From an uncultured virus (IMG/VR IMGVR_UViG_3300032294_002400) (taxonomy: Duplodnaviria > Heunggongvirae > Uroviricota > Caudoviricetes), in the IMG/VR virus record IMGVR_UViG_3300032294_002400: a DNA stretch of 64,000 nt. The stretch is one strand, 5' to 3'. Position numbers and translations under genes: made by a program. Each line of letters begins with the position of its first letter. The first letter of the stretch is position 1. The notes under the pieces were generated by a model that was not told the DNA's origin, searched no databases, and worked only from the letters and a program-made list of their open reading frames with translations. This document shows, in pieces, positions 63,260 to 64,000 of the stretch.

Positions 63260-63999
63260 ATACCCATTTCCTTACGCTTTTGCGTAGCAGAAATAGCATG
63301 AATCTCTGCACCCAAATCTACCTGTTCAATCTTATATCCTACATCACGTCCATAGACGATGTTAGTGATGTTAGGGACTCGAACAACCATCGCATCCTTC
63401 ATTGCAGGGTCCTTGTCGATGTAAAACTTTACCTGGTCAAACGACAGCGGATCTTTCTCACTCGTTCCTTGCGTGTTACGAACTCCTAGAAGAACCTGCG
63501 ATGTTCGTTTACCAGCTTCATTGTAAAGAGCATGATGACCTTCGTGCCATGGTTGGTATCTACCAAGCATCAAAGTCGTCGGCTTCTTCCAGTCGTGAAG
63601 GCCAGTTGCTGTTAAAACAATTTGAACTTCTTCTTCGACAGTACAATCTGCTTCAATACGAACGCTGTACTCCGTAGGGTCTTCCCACATTTTATTAGTG
63701 TCTGCAAAGCGACCTTCTTCAATGCGATCTACCCAGACTAAATAGTCTGGGGTGCCAAATGCCTCGCGCGTCTCAGAAGTAGGGCACACAAAATCAACGA
63801 TAACTAAACGTCCCTGTGCGTGCAATAGACGAGCTAACGCGCCTAAGCGACGTGCCTGCTCGATACGATCTTCAGGAGTAAAACCTAGATCCTTGTTAAG
63901 ATCTGCTCGAACTTCATCGGCGTTGAGATGAATAGCATCTGTGTGCTCCATAAGAGCTTTAGACAGCGTTGTTTTTCCAGAACCTGGAAGACCTATAAC
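63256..63999 (-). CDS. cysC: Adenylyl-sulfate kinase-like domain fused to an HxGH nucleotidyltransferase domain, 5'-truncated by window edge
   Basis: Frame continues upstream of 63951 as VIGLPGSGKTTLSKAL (P-loop). NAD.VR..LN.DLGF..EDR..Q.RR and DFVCP motifs; C-terminal GRYQPWHEGH. Confidence 0.75.
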   Translation of the reverse strand, partial: VIGLPGSGKTTLSKALMEHTDAIHLNADEVRADLNKDLGFTPEDRIEQARRLGALARLLHAQGRLVIVDFVCPTSETREAFGTPDYLVWVDRIEEGRFADTNKMWEDPTEYSVRIEADCTVEEEVQIVLTATGLHDWKKPTTLMLGRYQPWHEGHHALYNEAGKRTSQVLLGVRNTQGTSEKDPLSFDQVKFYIDKDPAMKDAMVVRVPNITNIVYGRDVGYKIEQVDLGAEIHAISATQKRKEMGI

Positions 64000-64000
64000 T

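Overview
A 64-kb segment of a tailed dsDNA bacteriophage with siphovirus-type tail genes. The host is very probably an actinobacterium (WhiB, actinophage-type head and tail proteins, TAnnnT promoters). The moderate GC content suggests a low-GC freshwater actinobacterium, which is inference. Layout: (1) 1-21.5 kb (+) is virion morphogenesis: multi-domain prohead protease (5'-truncated), scaffold-fused major capsid, a second (pentamer-like) capsid protein, major tail, head-tail joining proteins, tail chaperones with a likely -1 frameshift, tape measure, Dit, hub and fibre. (2) 22-37.9 kb (+) is replication/recombination (PolA, RuvC-like, SNF2 helicase, Cas4-like exonuclease, AAA ATPase, SSB) interleaved with an apparent cytosine-hypermodification set. 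That set comprises a dNMP kinase-UDG fusion, a thymidylate-synthase homologue with the dCMP-specifying Asp, dCMP deaminase, a dimeric dUTPase/dCTPase-like enzyme, two paralogous GT-B proteins, and a C5-methyltransferase with an altered cofactor site including a motif X Asn-to-Lys change. (3) 37.9-57.2 kb (-) holds six glycosyltransferase genes (one closely resembling the N-terminal domain of animal collagen galactosyltransferase), a sugar dehydratase, two FkbM methyltransferases and a sulfotransferase. These lie directly downstream of four Thr-rich collagen-like fibre genes. (4) 57.5-61.6 kb (+) holds primase-helicase, a secreted HNH nuclease, a 21-aa CxxCGC peptide and a CHAP endolysin. (5) 61.7-64 kb (-) holds small genes and an APS kinase-nucleotidyltransferase fusion. 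The best candidates for new biology are a phage system for glycosylating, methylating and sulfating collagen fibres, and an unusual DNA cytosine modification pathway. All family calls come from motif recognition by eye; no searches were run. No terminase, portal, integrase, tRNA or CRISPR array was seen.
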